A stretch of 64,000 nt of DNA from an uncultured Alphaproteobacteria bacterium (GTDB lineage: Bacteria; Pseudomonadota; Alphaproteobacteria; Rhizobiales; Xanthobacteraceae). The stretch lies in the NCBI GenBank assembly GCA_963756805.1, contig CAVWPH010000012.1, forward strand, positions 49,742-113,741. The letters run 5' to 3'. The position numbers were made by a program, and so were the translations under genes. Shown one piece after another: positions 52,086 to 62,640 of this stretch. The stretch's first letter is position 1. Each line of letters opens with the position of its first letter. A model generated the notes under the pieces. It searched no databases. It was not told the DNA's origin and was given only the letters and a program-made list of their open reading frames with translations.

Positions 52086-53386
52086 ATGAGCGTAGCAGTC
52101 AGACGCCGGCGCAGAAAGCGCATCGCGGTTTCCTTGTTGAAAGGCGCGGGCGACAAACTCGGTTCACCTCCCCCCTTGCGGGGGAGGTCGGCCGAGCCTA
52201 GCGAGCCGGGAGGGGGGTGCGTGGAAATCGCAAGTGAGAAAAGATACCCCCCTCCCTAACCCTCCCCCGCAAGGGGGGAGGGGACTTTCAGAGTACGCCG
52301 CGCCGCCAAATCCTGATGCACTTCTTGCCTGGTACGACCGCCACCGCAGGGTTTTGCCTTGGCGCGCGCGCAAGGGCGAGCGGGCGGACCCCTACCGGGT
52401 CTGGCTGTCGGAAATCATGCTGCAGCAGACCACGGTGAAGACGGTCGCGCCTTATTACGCCAAGTTTCTGGCCCGCTGGCCGGCGGTGGACAGCTCTCGC
52501 CAAAGCAAGTCTCGATGACGTGCTGCGCGCCTGGGCGGGGCTCGGCTATTACGCCCGCGCCCGAAATTTGCACGCCTGCGCCCGCGCCGTGGTTACGCGT
52601 CACGGCGGGATTTTTCCGAGCGACGTGGCGGGCTTACGCGCGCTGCCCGGCATCGGCGACTATACGGCGGCGGCCATTGCCGCGATCGCGTTCGATGGCG
52701 CGGCGGTGCCGGTGGACGGAAATGTCGAACGGGTGGTGACGCGCTTGTTCGCCGTCGAAGAAGCGCTGCCGGCGGCCAAGCCTGAGATCAAAAGGCTCGC
52801 CGCATTATTGCTGCCGCCGCGCCGGTCCGGCGATTTCGCGCAAAGCTTGATGGACCTTGGCGCGACCATCTGCTCGCCCAAGCGGCCGGCTTGCGCACTC
52901 TGCCCGTGGAACGATGTTTGCGCAGCGCATGCGCGCGGCGACCAGGAGACGTTTCCGCGCAAAGCCCCCAAACGCGAGGGCCGGTTGCGCAAAGGTGCTG
53001 CTTACGTCGTGCTGCGCGCCGATGGCCGCATGCTGTTGCGCAAGCGCCCGGAAAAAGGCTTGCTTGGCGCCATGACCGAAGTGCCGGGCAGCGAATGGGC
53101 GCATGATTTCGAGGTGGCTTCCGCGCTGCGTTCGGCGCCGCGCATCAAAAGCGCGAAATGGCGGCGCCTGCCCGGCGTGGTCAATCACGTCTTCACGCAC
53201 TTCCCGCTCGAGCTTAATGTGTTCATCGCGCAGGTTGCGCGCGCGACACCCTCGCCGAAAGGCGCGCGCTGGGTGAAAGTTGCCGATCTCGCCGGCGAGG
53301 CCTTGCCCAATGTGATGCGCAAGGTCATTGCTCATGCGCTCAAGGACGATCACGGAGGGGTTAATGGCCGACGGCGGGCAGGTTGA
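52086..53386 (+). CDS. mutY: A/G-specific adenine glycosylase MutY (frameshifts near 52250 and 52500; start uncertain)
   Basis: [27 protein letters not shown], Hh[18 protein letters not shown], 4Fe-4S Cys cluster, HVFTHF. Confidence 0.92.
52164..52283. repeat. REP-like element, family A, at the mutY 5' end
   Basis: CACCTCCCCCCTTGCGGGGGAGGTCGG ... CCCTCCCCCGCAAGGGGGGAGGG; related to 1079-1189. Confidence 0.8.
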
Positions 53387-54332
53387 AGCAAGCGGCTGGG
53401 CGCCGAGCCTGCGCTATCCCGATCCTTTGGTGCGCTCGCTCGATGCGCGCTTCGATAAATACCGGCTGCCGCTGGCGAGCGTCGAACGGCTCTATACCGG
53501 CGCGCGCTGGGGCGAAGGCCCGATCTGGTTTGGCGACGGGCGCTATCTGATCTGGAGCGACATTCCCAACAGCCGCATGCTGCGCTGGGACGAGACCAGC
53601 GGCGCGGTCAGCGTGTTCCGCCAGCCTTCGAATAACGCCAACGGCAATACCCGCGACCGCCAGGGCCGGCTGGTCACCTGCGAGCATCAGAGCCGCCGCG
53701 TCACCCGCACCGAATATGACGGCCGCATCACAGTGATCTGCGACCGCTTCGAGGGCAAACGGCTTAACTCGCCGAACGATGTGGTGGTGAAATCGGACGG
53801 CTCGATCTGGTTCACCGATCCGCGTTTCGGCATCCTCAGCGACTACGAAGGCGACATCGCCGAATCCGAATTGCCGATGAATGTCTACCGCGTGGACGGC
53901 AAATCCGGCGCGATGACGGTGGTGGCCGACGGCATCAATGCGCCGAACGGGTTGGCCTTCTCGCCCGACGAGAAAAAACTTTATATCGTTGAATCGCGCA
54001 GCCAGCCGCGCACTATTCTGAGCTACGACGTGGCGGCATCGGGCGACAAGATTTCCAACCGCAAACTTCTTATCGACAGCGGCCCGCAGGGCACGCCGGA
54101 CGGCTTTCGCGTCGATATCGACGGCAATCTGTGGTGCGGCTGGGGCATGTCGGCCGAACTCGACGGCGTGCGCATTTTCTCAGCGCAAGGCGAACCGATC
54201 GGCCACATCACGCTGCCGGAGCGCTGCGCCAATCTTTGTTTCGGCGGCGCCAAACGCAACCGCCTGTTCATGGCGGCGTCGCATTCGCTTTATTCGCTTT
54301 ACGTCAACACGCAAGGCGTGGCCGGCGGTTGA
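53364..54332 (+). CDS. SMP-30/gluconolactonase family protein
   Basis: EGPIW, SDIPN, NSPND, FTDP, PNGLAFSPD, PDG. Confidence 0.9.
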   Translation: MADGGQVEASGWAPSLRYPDPLVRSLDARFDKYRLPLASVERLYTGARWGEGPIWFGDGRYLIWSDIPNSRMLRWDETSGAVSVFRQPSNNANGNTRDRQGRLVTCEHQSRRVTRTEYDGRITVICDRFEGKRLNSPNDVVVKSDGSIWFTDPRFGILSDYEGDIAESELPMNVYRVDGKSGAMTVVADGINAPNGLAFSPDEKKLYIVESRSQPRTILSYDVAASGDKISNRKLLIDSGPQGTPDGFRVDIDGNLWCGWGMSAELDGVRIFSAQGEPIGHITLPERCANLCFGGAKRNRLFMAASHSLYSLYVNTQGVAGG

Positions 54333-54366
54333 CCGGCATCGCCAAAACCACGAAACGGGAGGCACT

Positions 54367-54717
54367 ATGAATATCGAACGCAAGGAAGTCGGCGCCCGCA
54401 TGAGCCAGGTCGTGGTTCACGGCGACACGGTCTATCTCGCCGGCGTTGTCGCGCGCGCCAACAAGGGCAAGAGCGTCACCGAGCAAACCAAGGAAATCGT
54501 CGATACCATCGACAAGCATCTGGCCTCGGTCGGCTCCAACAAGACCAAGCTTTTGTCGGCCAATATCTGGATCACCGACATGGCTAAGTTCGCCGAGATG
54601 AACGCGGTGTGGGACGCCTGGGTTTCGCCCGGTAACACGCCGGCGCGCGCCTGCGTCGAGGCCAAGCTCGCGGCGCCCGATTATACCGTCGAGATCATGG
54701 TGGTGGCGGGGAAATAG
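54367..54717 (+). CDS. RidA family protein (YoaB-like)
   Basis: RMSQVV, MNAVWDAW, PARACVE. Confidence 0.9.
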   Translation: MNIERKEVGARMSQVVVHGDTVYLAGVVARANKGKSVTEQTKEIVDTIDKHLASVGSNKTKLLSANIWITDMAKFAEMNAVWDAWVSPGNTPARACVEAKLAAPDYTVEIMVVAGK

Positions 54718-54721
54718 CATT

Positions 54722-54873
54722 CCGTCATGCCCGGCCGTGTGCCGGGCATCCACGTCTTTCCTTTAATAACCAAGGCGTGGATAGCATCGCAACTCGAGCC
54801 TGGTCGAGTTGCGCCCTTTAACTGCTTGAAGTCGGCTATAGCCGACTTCAAGTGACAAGCCCGGCCATGACGA
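54722..54873. repeat. REP-like element, family C, with a nested two-hairpin insert
   Basis: Left arm intact; right arm interrupted at about 54783-54853. Confidence 0.8.
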
Positions 54874-54898
54874 GAAAACGCTTAGGAGATGCGGACCA

Positions 54899-56131
54899 AT
54901 GCCATTCGATTTCACCTCGCTGGTCCCGGCCGGCTCGCCCGCGCCGGCCGTTAAATGGAAGCCGCCGGGGAAATACAACTTCACCTTCGGCAATAACGAC
55001 CCGGACGGATTGGCCATCGAGGATCTGCAAGCCTCGCTGCAGACCGCGCTCACGCGCGAAGGCCGCAGGCTGTCGGACTATCGCCTGCATATGGGCCCGC
55101 ATGGCTACAAGCCGCTGCGCGAATTCCTGGTGAAGAAGCTCAAGCACGACGCCGGCATCGAATGCAACGTCGACGACATCGTGTTGACGTCGGGCTCGCT
55201 GCAGGGGCTCGATCTCGTCAATGGCGCATTGCTCGCGAGCGGCGACACCGTCATCTGCGAAGAGGATTGTTACGAAGGCACGATCAATCGCTACACCCGA
55301 AAGGGCGTCAACATCGTTGCCATTCCGCTCGACAAAGGCGGCATGCGCATGGATGCGCTGGAGAAAGCGCTCGCCGATCTTAAGGCGCGCGGCGTGCGGC
55401 CGAAATACATCTACACAATCGCGACCGTGCAGAATCCGACGGCGACAATTCTCGACGAGGGCCGCCGCAAGAAGCTCATCGAACTGGCCGAAGCCTATGG
55501 CGTGCCGATCTTCGAGGACGACTGCTACGCGGATTTGACCTGGAGCGGGAAGCGCCCGCCGGCGCTCTACGCCATGAGCAAGACGCAGAATGTCATCCAC
55601 ATCGGCTCGTTTTCGAAGACGATCGCGCCGGCGCTGCGCGTCGGCTTCATCGTCGCGCCCTGGGCCATCATGTCGCACATTCTGGCGCTCAAGACCGACG
55701 CCGGTTCCGGCGGGCTCGAGCAGATGATGCTGGCCGAATATTGCGAAGCGCATTTTGCCGACCACGTGCCGCAATTGCGCAAACGCTTCCAGGCCAAGCT
55801 CGACACGTTGGTCGCGGCGCTTAACGAGCAATTCGGCACGGCGGCCGAGTTCGATTATCCGGCGGGCGGCATATTCCTCTGGGTCAAGCTGCCCGACAAT
55901 GTCGATGCGATGAAGTTGCGCGAGGCGGCGCTTGCCGCCGGCGTCGTCATCAATCCGGGTCCGGAATGGTCGGTCAACAAGGCGCACAGCAAAAGCCGCA
56001 TCAGGCTTTGCTTTGCCAGTCCGACGCATGAGGAGATCAGGCAAGGAATTGCTGTTCTGGCGGAAGTCTGCCGCAAGGAATTCGGCGTGCCCACGCGCAG
56101 CGCCAATGTCGAACGCAAGGTCAAGGCCTGA
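54899..56131 (+). CDS. PLP-dependent aminotransferase, class I/II (MocR-like catalytic domain, no HTH)
   Basis: QNPT, EDDCY, GSFSKTIAPALRVG, IRLCFA. Confidence 0.9.
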   Translation: MPFDFTSLVPAGSPAPAVKWKPPGKYNFTFGNNDPDGLAIEDLQASLQTALTREGRRLSDYRLHMGPHGYKPLREFLVKKLKHDAGIECNVDDIVLTSGSLQGLDLVNGALLASGDTVICEEDCYEGTINRYTRKGVNIVAIPLDKGGMRMDALEKALADLKARGVRPKYIYTIATVQNPTATILDEGRRKKLIELAEAYGVPIFEDDCYADLTWSGKRPPALYAMSKTQNVIHIGSFSKTIAPALRVGFIVAPWAIMSHILALKTDAGSGGLEQMMLAEYCEAHFADHVPQLRKRFQAKLDTLVAALNEQFGTAAEFDYPAGGIFLWVKLPDNVDAMKLREAALAAGVVINPGPEWSVNKAHSKSRIRLCFASPTHEEIRQGIAVLAEVCRKEFGVPTRSANVERKVKA

Positions 56132-56133
56132 GC

Positions 56134-56775
56134 ATGGCGACCCAGCCCGGAATTCTCGCGATCTTTAACAACGTCGCTCCCGGCCGCGAGGCGGAATTCG
56201 ACGAATGGTTCCAGGGCGAGCATCTGATCGAGCGGCTGGCGGTTCCCGGCTTTCTGTTCGGGCGCCGCCACCAGGCGATCTCGGGCGCGTCGGCGTTTTT
56301 CAATTTCTATCTGGTCGAGTCGCCCGCGGTGCTCACCTCGAAGGTCTATCTCGCGCGGCTCGACGATCCGACGCCGATGACCAAGAAAATCATGTCGGGC
56401 GTCTTCCTCAATATGAGCCGCACGGTCTGCCACCGCACGCTGCGGCTCGGTCACTTCCGCGGCGCCTATACAGTCACGGTGCGCTTTGACGAGGCACCCG
56501 ACCAAGCCGCACTCGCTGCGCTGCTGGAAAAGCTGGTGGCCGACACCAGCATCGCCGGCGGCGAAATCTGGATCGCGACTGATCCGGCCGGCCAGCCGGT
56601 GTCGATGGAAGAAAAACTGCGCGGCGGCGACAAGAAGATAAAGGCTGCGCTGCTGGTCGATACGCTGCGCCAGGCCGATGCCGAGGCGCTCGGCGCGCGC
56701 CTGTCGAAAGAATTTCCCGGCGCGCAGGTCGGCGTGTTCCGCGTGCTGTGCCATATCGGCCGCGGGGATTTGTGA
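56134..56775 (+). CDS. Hypothetical protein, EthD/DUF4286-like
   Basis: EFDEWFQGEHLIERLAVPGF motif; tightly coupled to neighbours. Confidence 0.7.
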   Translation: MATQPGILAIFNNVAPGREAEFDEWFQGEHLIERLAVPGFLFGRRHQAISGASAFFNFYLVESPAVLTSKVYLARLDDPTPMTKKIMSGVFLNMSRTVCHRTLRLGHFRGAYTVTVRFDEAPDQAALAALLEKLVADTSIAGGEIWIATDPAGQPVSMEEKLRGGDKKIKAALLVDTLRQADAEALGARLSKEFPGAQVGVFRVLCHIGRGDL

Positions 56776-57262
56776 ATGCAATCGCTGCTGCCGCTCGCCG
56801 AAAAAATCGCCGCGCGCTCTGATCGCCCGCAAGGAAACAATCGCCATTGCCGAATCCTCGACCGGCGGGCTGATCGCTGCGGCATTGCTCAGCGTTCCCG
56901 GCGCCTCGGCCTATTTCCTCGGCGGCGCGGTGGTCTATACGAAAACGTCGCGCGCAGCGCTCCTGGGTATTACCGATGCGGAAATGTCCGGCATGCGGGC
57001 ATCAACGGAAGGCTACGCGCTGCTGTGCGCGCGCCGCATGCGCGAAAAGAACGGCGCGACCTGGGGCCTGGGCGAAACCGGGGCGACGGGTCCTACCGGC
57101 AACCGCTATGGCGACAAAGCCGGCCATAGCTGCATCGCGGTGGTGGGGCCGGCGATCGAACGCGCGATCACGCTGGAAACCGGCAGCGCCGACCGGCGGG
57201 CGAACATGGATGCGTTCGCCAAGCGGGCGCTGGAACTGCTATTGGAAGATATACCGGCCTGA
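56776..57262 (+). CDS. CinA C-terminal / PncC family protein (frameshift near 56818)
   Basis: AESSTGG, PGASAYF, ETGATGP. Confidence 0.85.
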
Positions 57263-57275
57263 AGGTGAAGCGGAC

Positions 57276-58424
<1,149 letters not shown>

Positions 58425-58642
58425 AGGCGACGCGGTCGGCGACGCGGGACCTACAACCGACAGGCCGCCAATATGGATGCTCAAGGTGAAGAAACGGTTT
58501 ATGGAAACGAGCTTCCAAGTGGGCAAATTCTGCCTATTGTACCGAGGCTTAGCGGTACAATCGAAGGCTCGCGGAGAGCCTTGAATTGGACGTGAAGCGC
58601 CCGTTCGGCAATGATCATGCGGCCAATTGGGAGGAGTTTGAA

Positions 58643-59539
58643 ATGCGTTGGGAAGACTTTCGCCGCAGTGACAATGTCGAGGACGATCGCGAGGGCGGCG
58701 GCGGCTTTTCCGCCGGCAGCGGCGGCGGGCTCGGCATCGGCACGCTCATCGTGCTCGGCCTGATCGGCTGGGCGACCGGCATCAACCCGAGCATCCTGAT
58801 CGGCGGCGCGGAAATGGTGAAGCGCGGCACGTCGGAATACCAGCAGCAAAACCGGCCGGCGCCGCGCAAAGGCGCGCCCGCCGACAGCACCGGCCAATTC
58901 GTTGCCGCCGTGCTTGGCAATACCGAAGACGTTTGGGGCGATATTTTCCGCGGCATGGGCCGGCAATACAGCCCCGCGCCGATCCGCCTTTATCGCGGCG
59001 GCGAGAGGGGCGGCTGCGGCATGGCGCAAGCGGCGATGGGACCGTTCTATTGCCCGAGCGACAAGCACATCTATCTCGACACTTCGTTCTTCCGCGACAT
59101 CCAGGATCGTTTTCATGGCTGCAGCGGCAAAGCGTGCGAATTCGCCGAGGCCTATGTGATCGCGCACGAGGTCGGCCATCACGTACAGGATCTGCTGGGC
59201 ATCCTGCCGAAGGCGCAAACGGCGCAACGCGCCGCCGGCAGCAAGGGCGCGGCGAACGCGATCCAGGTGCGGGTGGAATTGCAGGCCGATTGCTACGCCG
59301 GCGTTTGGGCGAACCATTCCAACCAGCGCTGGAAGACGATCGAGCCGGGCGATGCGGAGGCGGCGTTGCAGACCGCCTCGGCGATCGGCGATGACCGGCT
59401 GCAGCAGCAATCGCGCGGCTATGTGGTGCCCGACGCCTTCACCCACGGCTCATCGGCGATGCGCCAGCGCTGGTTCTCGATCGGCCTCAAGCAGGGAACT
59501 ATTGCGGCCTGCGATACGTTCTCGGCGGCGACGCTTTAA
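58643..59539 (+). CDS. Neutral zinc metallopeptidase (YpfJ-like)
   Basis: SDNVED, GPFYCP, AHEVGHHVQ, ELQADC, FTHG. Confidence 0.9.
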   Translation: MRWEDFRRSDNVEDDREGGGGFSAGSGGGLGIGTLIVLGLIGWATGINPSILIGGAEMVKRGTSEYQQQNRPAPRKGAPADSTGQFVAAVLGNTEDVWGDIFRGMGRQYSPAPIRLYRGGERGGCGMAQAAMGPFYCPSDKHIYLDTSFFRDIQDRFHGCSGKACEFAEAYVIAHEVGHHVQDLLGILPKAQTAQRAAGSKGAANAIQVRVELQADCYAGVWANHSNQRWKTIEPGDAEAALQTASAIGDDRLQQQSRGYVVPDAFTHGSSAMRQRWFSIGLKQGTIAACDTFSAATL

Positions 59540-59658
59540 AGCAGTTGTTGTAGTCGATATCGCTATCTGCTATCAGCTAAGTTGTTCCGGGCTTCGACAA
59601 CCGCCCGGTCAACTGCTCAGCAGTCAAGAGTTGTCTCGCTCCGATCCGGAGGTGAGAC

Positions 59659-59929
59659 ATGTCTTGCGGCAGCAGTACCTGCAACCCGACCATTCAAATC
59701 AGCTTTACGCGTGACCTTGGCACGGCCACGCGCCCGTCATGGCTACTCGCGCCTTATCGCGCGATTGGCCCGGATGTTCGAAAATGCGCGACGACGGCAA
59801 GTCTGGATCGCGTTTGAGAAAGTCCGCCAGCGCCGTATTTTGCTGGAACTCGACGATCGGCTGTTAGCCGACATCGGCATTACGCGCGAGCAGGCCGTCC
59901 AGGAGGCGCAAAAGCGCTTCTGGGAATAG
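59659..59929 (+). CDS. DUF1127 domain protein (probable frameshift near 59770)
   Basis: GGAGG RBS then MSCGSSTC; C-terminal RQRRILLELDDRLLADIGITR..FW. Confidence 0.75.
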
Positions 59930-59999
59930 GCCGGCGGCCAGCGCATCGCGGTTGGCATTGGCGCGAAATGGGTCTTATCCTGCGCCGGACAGGACAACT

Positions 60000-60563
60000 A
60001 TGCCCGGCATCGACGAGACCAGACAATTCGTGGCGCTGAAAATCGCGGTGCTCACCGTGTCCGACACGCGTGAGCTTGCCGACGACAAATCCGGCAACAC
60101 GCTGGTCGAGCGCATCCGCGCCGCCGGCCACATTCTGGCCGAACGCTCGATCGTCAAGGACGAGGTCGATGCCATCCGCCGGCGCGTGAAAGACTGGATC
60201 GAGGACAAGTTCATCGACGTGGTCATCACCACCGGCGGCACCGGCTTTACCGGCCGCGACGTGACGCCGGAGGCGGTCGAGCCGCTGTTCGAAAAGAAGA
60301 TGGACGGCTTTGCGACCATGTTCTTGCTGGTGAGCGAGAAGAAGATCGGCACCTCGGCGATCCAGACGCGCGCCACCGCCGGCGTCGCCAACGCGACCTA
60401 TGTTTTCTGCCTGCCCGGCTCGCCCGGCGCCTGCAAGGATGCCTGGGACGAGATCCTCGTGCACCAGCTCGACTACCGTTATCGGCCGTGCAATTTCGTG
60501 GAGATATTGCCGCGGCTCGACGAGCATTTGCGGCGGGGGAAGGCTAAAGGCGCGACGGCGTAG
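60000..60563 (+). CDS. moaB: Molybdenum cofactor biosynthesis protein B
   Basis: LTVSDTR, DKSG, TTGGTG, RDVTPEA, LPGS. Confidence 0.93.
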   Translation: MPGIDETRQFVALKIAVLTVSDTRELADDKSGNTLVERIRAAGHILAERSIVKDEVDAIRRRVKDWIEDKFIDVVITTGGTGFTGRDVTPEAVEPLFEKKMDGFATMFLLVSEKKIGTSAIQTRATAGVANATYVFCLPGSPGACKDAWDEILVHQLDYRYRPCNFVEILPRLDEHLRRGKAKGATA

Positions 60564-60570
60564 CAATTTT

Positions 60571-60664
60571 CCGTCATGGCCGGGCTTGTCCCGGCCATCT
60601 ACGCCTTTCCGTACCGATAAGAATTTAAGACGTGGATGCCCGGCGACAAGCGCCGGGCATGACG
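60571..60664. repeat. REP-like element, family C
   Basis: CCGTCATGGCCGGGCTTGTCCCGGCCATC ... CGTGGATGCCCGGCGACAAGCGCCGGGCATGAC between convergent genes. Confidence 0.85.
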
Positions 60665-60689
60665 AATGAATGTTCGGTGCAGACAGAAT

Positions 60690-61646
60690 TTACAACTCCA
60701 AATCCCAAAACTCCGCCACCACGTTCTTGCTCCAGCTTTTGCGCTTTTCGCTGCCGGTGAGTTTGAAGCCGGCGTTCTCGTAGATGTGGCGGGCGGCCTT
60801 GAGGATGCTGTGCGTCCACAGCGTGATCTTCTTGTAGCCGGCCTGGCGCGCGAAGGTGACGCATTCGTCCACCAGACGTGCGCCCAGCCCTAAGCCGCGC
60901 CCCTTCGGGTCGACCAGCAACAGCCGCAGCCGCGCGACATTGGCCTTGTCGTCCACCAGCATGACGCAGCCGACATTCTCGCCGTTCAATTCGGCGATCC
61001 AGCAGCGCTCGCGTTTGCGATTAAAATTATTGGCGAAATCAGCGACGATCTGCGCGCACAGGCCCTCGAACGGTTCGATCCAGCCATATTCGCTGCCGTA
61101 GAGCTCGGCGTGGCGGGAAACGATCCAGCCGAAATCGCCGGGCTTGGGATCGCGCAAAATGTAATTGGCTTTCGGCTTGGCGCGCTTGGTCTTGGGCGCG
61201 GGCTTGCCGTCCAGCAGCGTTTCGATCTCGGTCATGGCCGCCACCAGCCGCGCCTGCTGGGCAGGGCCAAGCTTGCCGAGCATGGCGCCGGTGTCGCGCT
61301 GCGAGCGCTGTTCGTGCGGCGTGAAGGTGCGCCGCCCCTGCGCGGTCAAAGCCAGCAGGCTTTGGCGCGCGTCCTGGGCCGAGGCCTTGCGCGATATCAG
61401 TCCCCGTTTCTCGAAATTGCGCAGCACGCGCGACAAGTAGCCGGCGTCGAGATCGAGCGCGCGGCCGATATCGCTGGCGGTGCGCGTGCCAAGTTTGCCG
61501 GCTTGCGAGAGTTCGTAGAGCACGCGCATTTCGCCCAGCGAGTAGGGGCTGTCGAGATAAGTTTTGCGCAGCACGCCGATCTGCCGCGTGTAGAAGCGGT
61601 TGAAGCGGCGCGCGGCGGCGATGCGCTCAGGGCTTGCGGCACTCAT
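60690..61646 (-). CDS. Bifunctional MarR-type regulator / GNAT acetyltransferase
   Basis: RRFNRFYTRQIG, LDAGYLSR; C-terminal LRLLLVDPKGRGLGLG, LWT. Confidence 0.9.
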   Translation of the reverse strand: MSAASPERIAAARRFNRFYTRQIGVLRKTYLDSPYSLGEMRVLYELSQAGKLGTRTASDIGRALDLDAGYLSRVLRNFEKRGLISRKASAQDARQSLLALTAQGRRTFTPHEQRSQRDTGAMLGKLGPAQQARLVAAMTEIETLLDGKPAPKTKRAKPKANYILRDPKPGDFGWIVSRHAELYGSEYGWIEPFEGLCAQIVADFANNFNRKRERCWIAELNGENVGCVMLVDDKANVARLRLLLVDPKGRGLGLGARLVDECVTFARQAGYKKITLWTHSILKAARHIYENAGFKLTGSEKRKSWSKNVVAEFWDLEL

Positions 61647-61669
61647 GCCTGGCAAATTCGGGCAATTAG

Positions 61670-61682
61670 TTGACTAAGTCAA
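61670..61682. promoter_or_regulatory. Palindrome TTGACT-A-AGTCAA, likely autoregulatory operator of the MarR-GNAT gene
   Basis: Perfect inverted repeat about 24 bp upstream of the start codon. Confidence 0.65.
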
Positions 61683-61726
61683 GTATATCGCTTCACCCTC
61701 CGTGCCGGGGGGAGGTGAGGAAAGCC

Positions 61727-62305
61727 TCAGCGCGGCTGCGCGGCTCCCGTCGGCAGCATGGCGATCCGCCGCCGCCCGAGCAGGCGCAGCAAGGCGGCTT
61801 CCGCGTCGGCGCCGCCGGGATGGCCGCCGAGGCCGTCATAGAAACTGCGCGCGATCAGCAGGCCCTGCTCCGGCCTGGCGCCGCCGCCAAGCGTCACGCG
61901 CAGCAGCGCGATCAGTTCGGCCAAGCCCGGGCGCAATAAATCGCCGATGCCGGGCGGGCGGAACACCGCGGCGCGGCCGCCGCCGCCAAAGCACTCGGCC
62001 ATGGCGATGAAATGCTCGGCGGCATTGACCCAGGCCGGCTCCGGCACGCAGCCGGCGCGCAGGAACAACAGCCAGGGTGCGTGGGTGCTTTGCGCCGCCG
62101 CCTTGAGGCGCTCGCCCAATGGTTTGGCCGAGGTCATGAAGCGGCACCCGGCTACCTCGGCCACTTCCGCGGTGGCGTCGCTCGAGCCCGCATCGGTCAC
62201 CACCACCTCGCCCAACAGGCCGGCGGCGACCCCCGGCACCAAGGCCGCAAGGGTCGGCACCAGCGTGCGCTCCGATTCGTGGGTCGAAATGATCGCGCTC
62301 AGCAT
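61727..62305 (-). CDS. Glycosyltransferase family 2-like protein
   Basis: MLSAII, VTDAGSSDAT, WLLFLRAG (DxD degenerate). Confidence 0.75.
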   Translation of the reverse strand: MLSAIISTHESERTLVPTLAALVPGVAAGLLGEVVVTDAGSSDATAEVAEVAGCRFMTSAKPLGERLKAAAQSTHAPWLLFLRAGCVPEPAWVNAAEHFIAMAECFGGGGRAAVFRPPGIGDLLRPGLAELIALLRVTLGGGARPEQGLLIARSFYDGLGGHPGGADAEAALLRLLGRRRIAMLPTGAAQPR

Positions 62306-62601
62306 GGAACCGCGGCCCGTATTGGTTGGTTTCCCACCATATCATGTGAGATTCGGCCTTAGCCCCACGAGATCGGGCCCCGAAATGCTCAAATTGTGGG
62401 CGTGCCCAGGGTCAAACTGGAGAAGCCAGGAGGGCTTGGCGAATGTCTTCTCGCGCAGGCATTTCAGCCGATTTTTACGGCCAGTTTTGGGTCTCAGAAC
62501 GTCCAAGAAGCCCAGCAAAACGTGCACAAAGTCGAATTTTGATTTCAAACGTAACTAAATCGGAACTGAAGGCAAAAAAAGCCGCGGCTAACTTGAAAAC
62601 T

Positions 62602-62616
62602 GTTCTTGTTATGTTC
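62602..62616. promoter_or_regulatory. Alphaproteobacterial LexA (SOS) box GTTC-N7-GTTC
   Basis: GTTC-TTGTTAT-GTTC about 25 bp upstream of ATG 62641. Confidence 0.8.
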
Positions 62617-62640
62617 ACATACGCTCGCTAGGATAAAACC

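Noticed and set aside
62306-62600. Lower-GC intergenic stretch with a 68-aa ORF as a possible sRNA or small gene
   Set aside because: No terminator, clear RBS, stable structure or motif that I could support.
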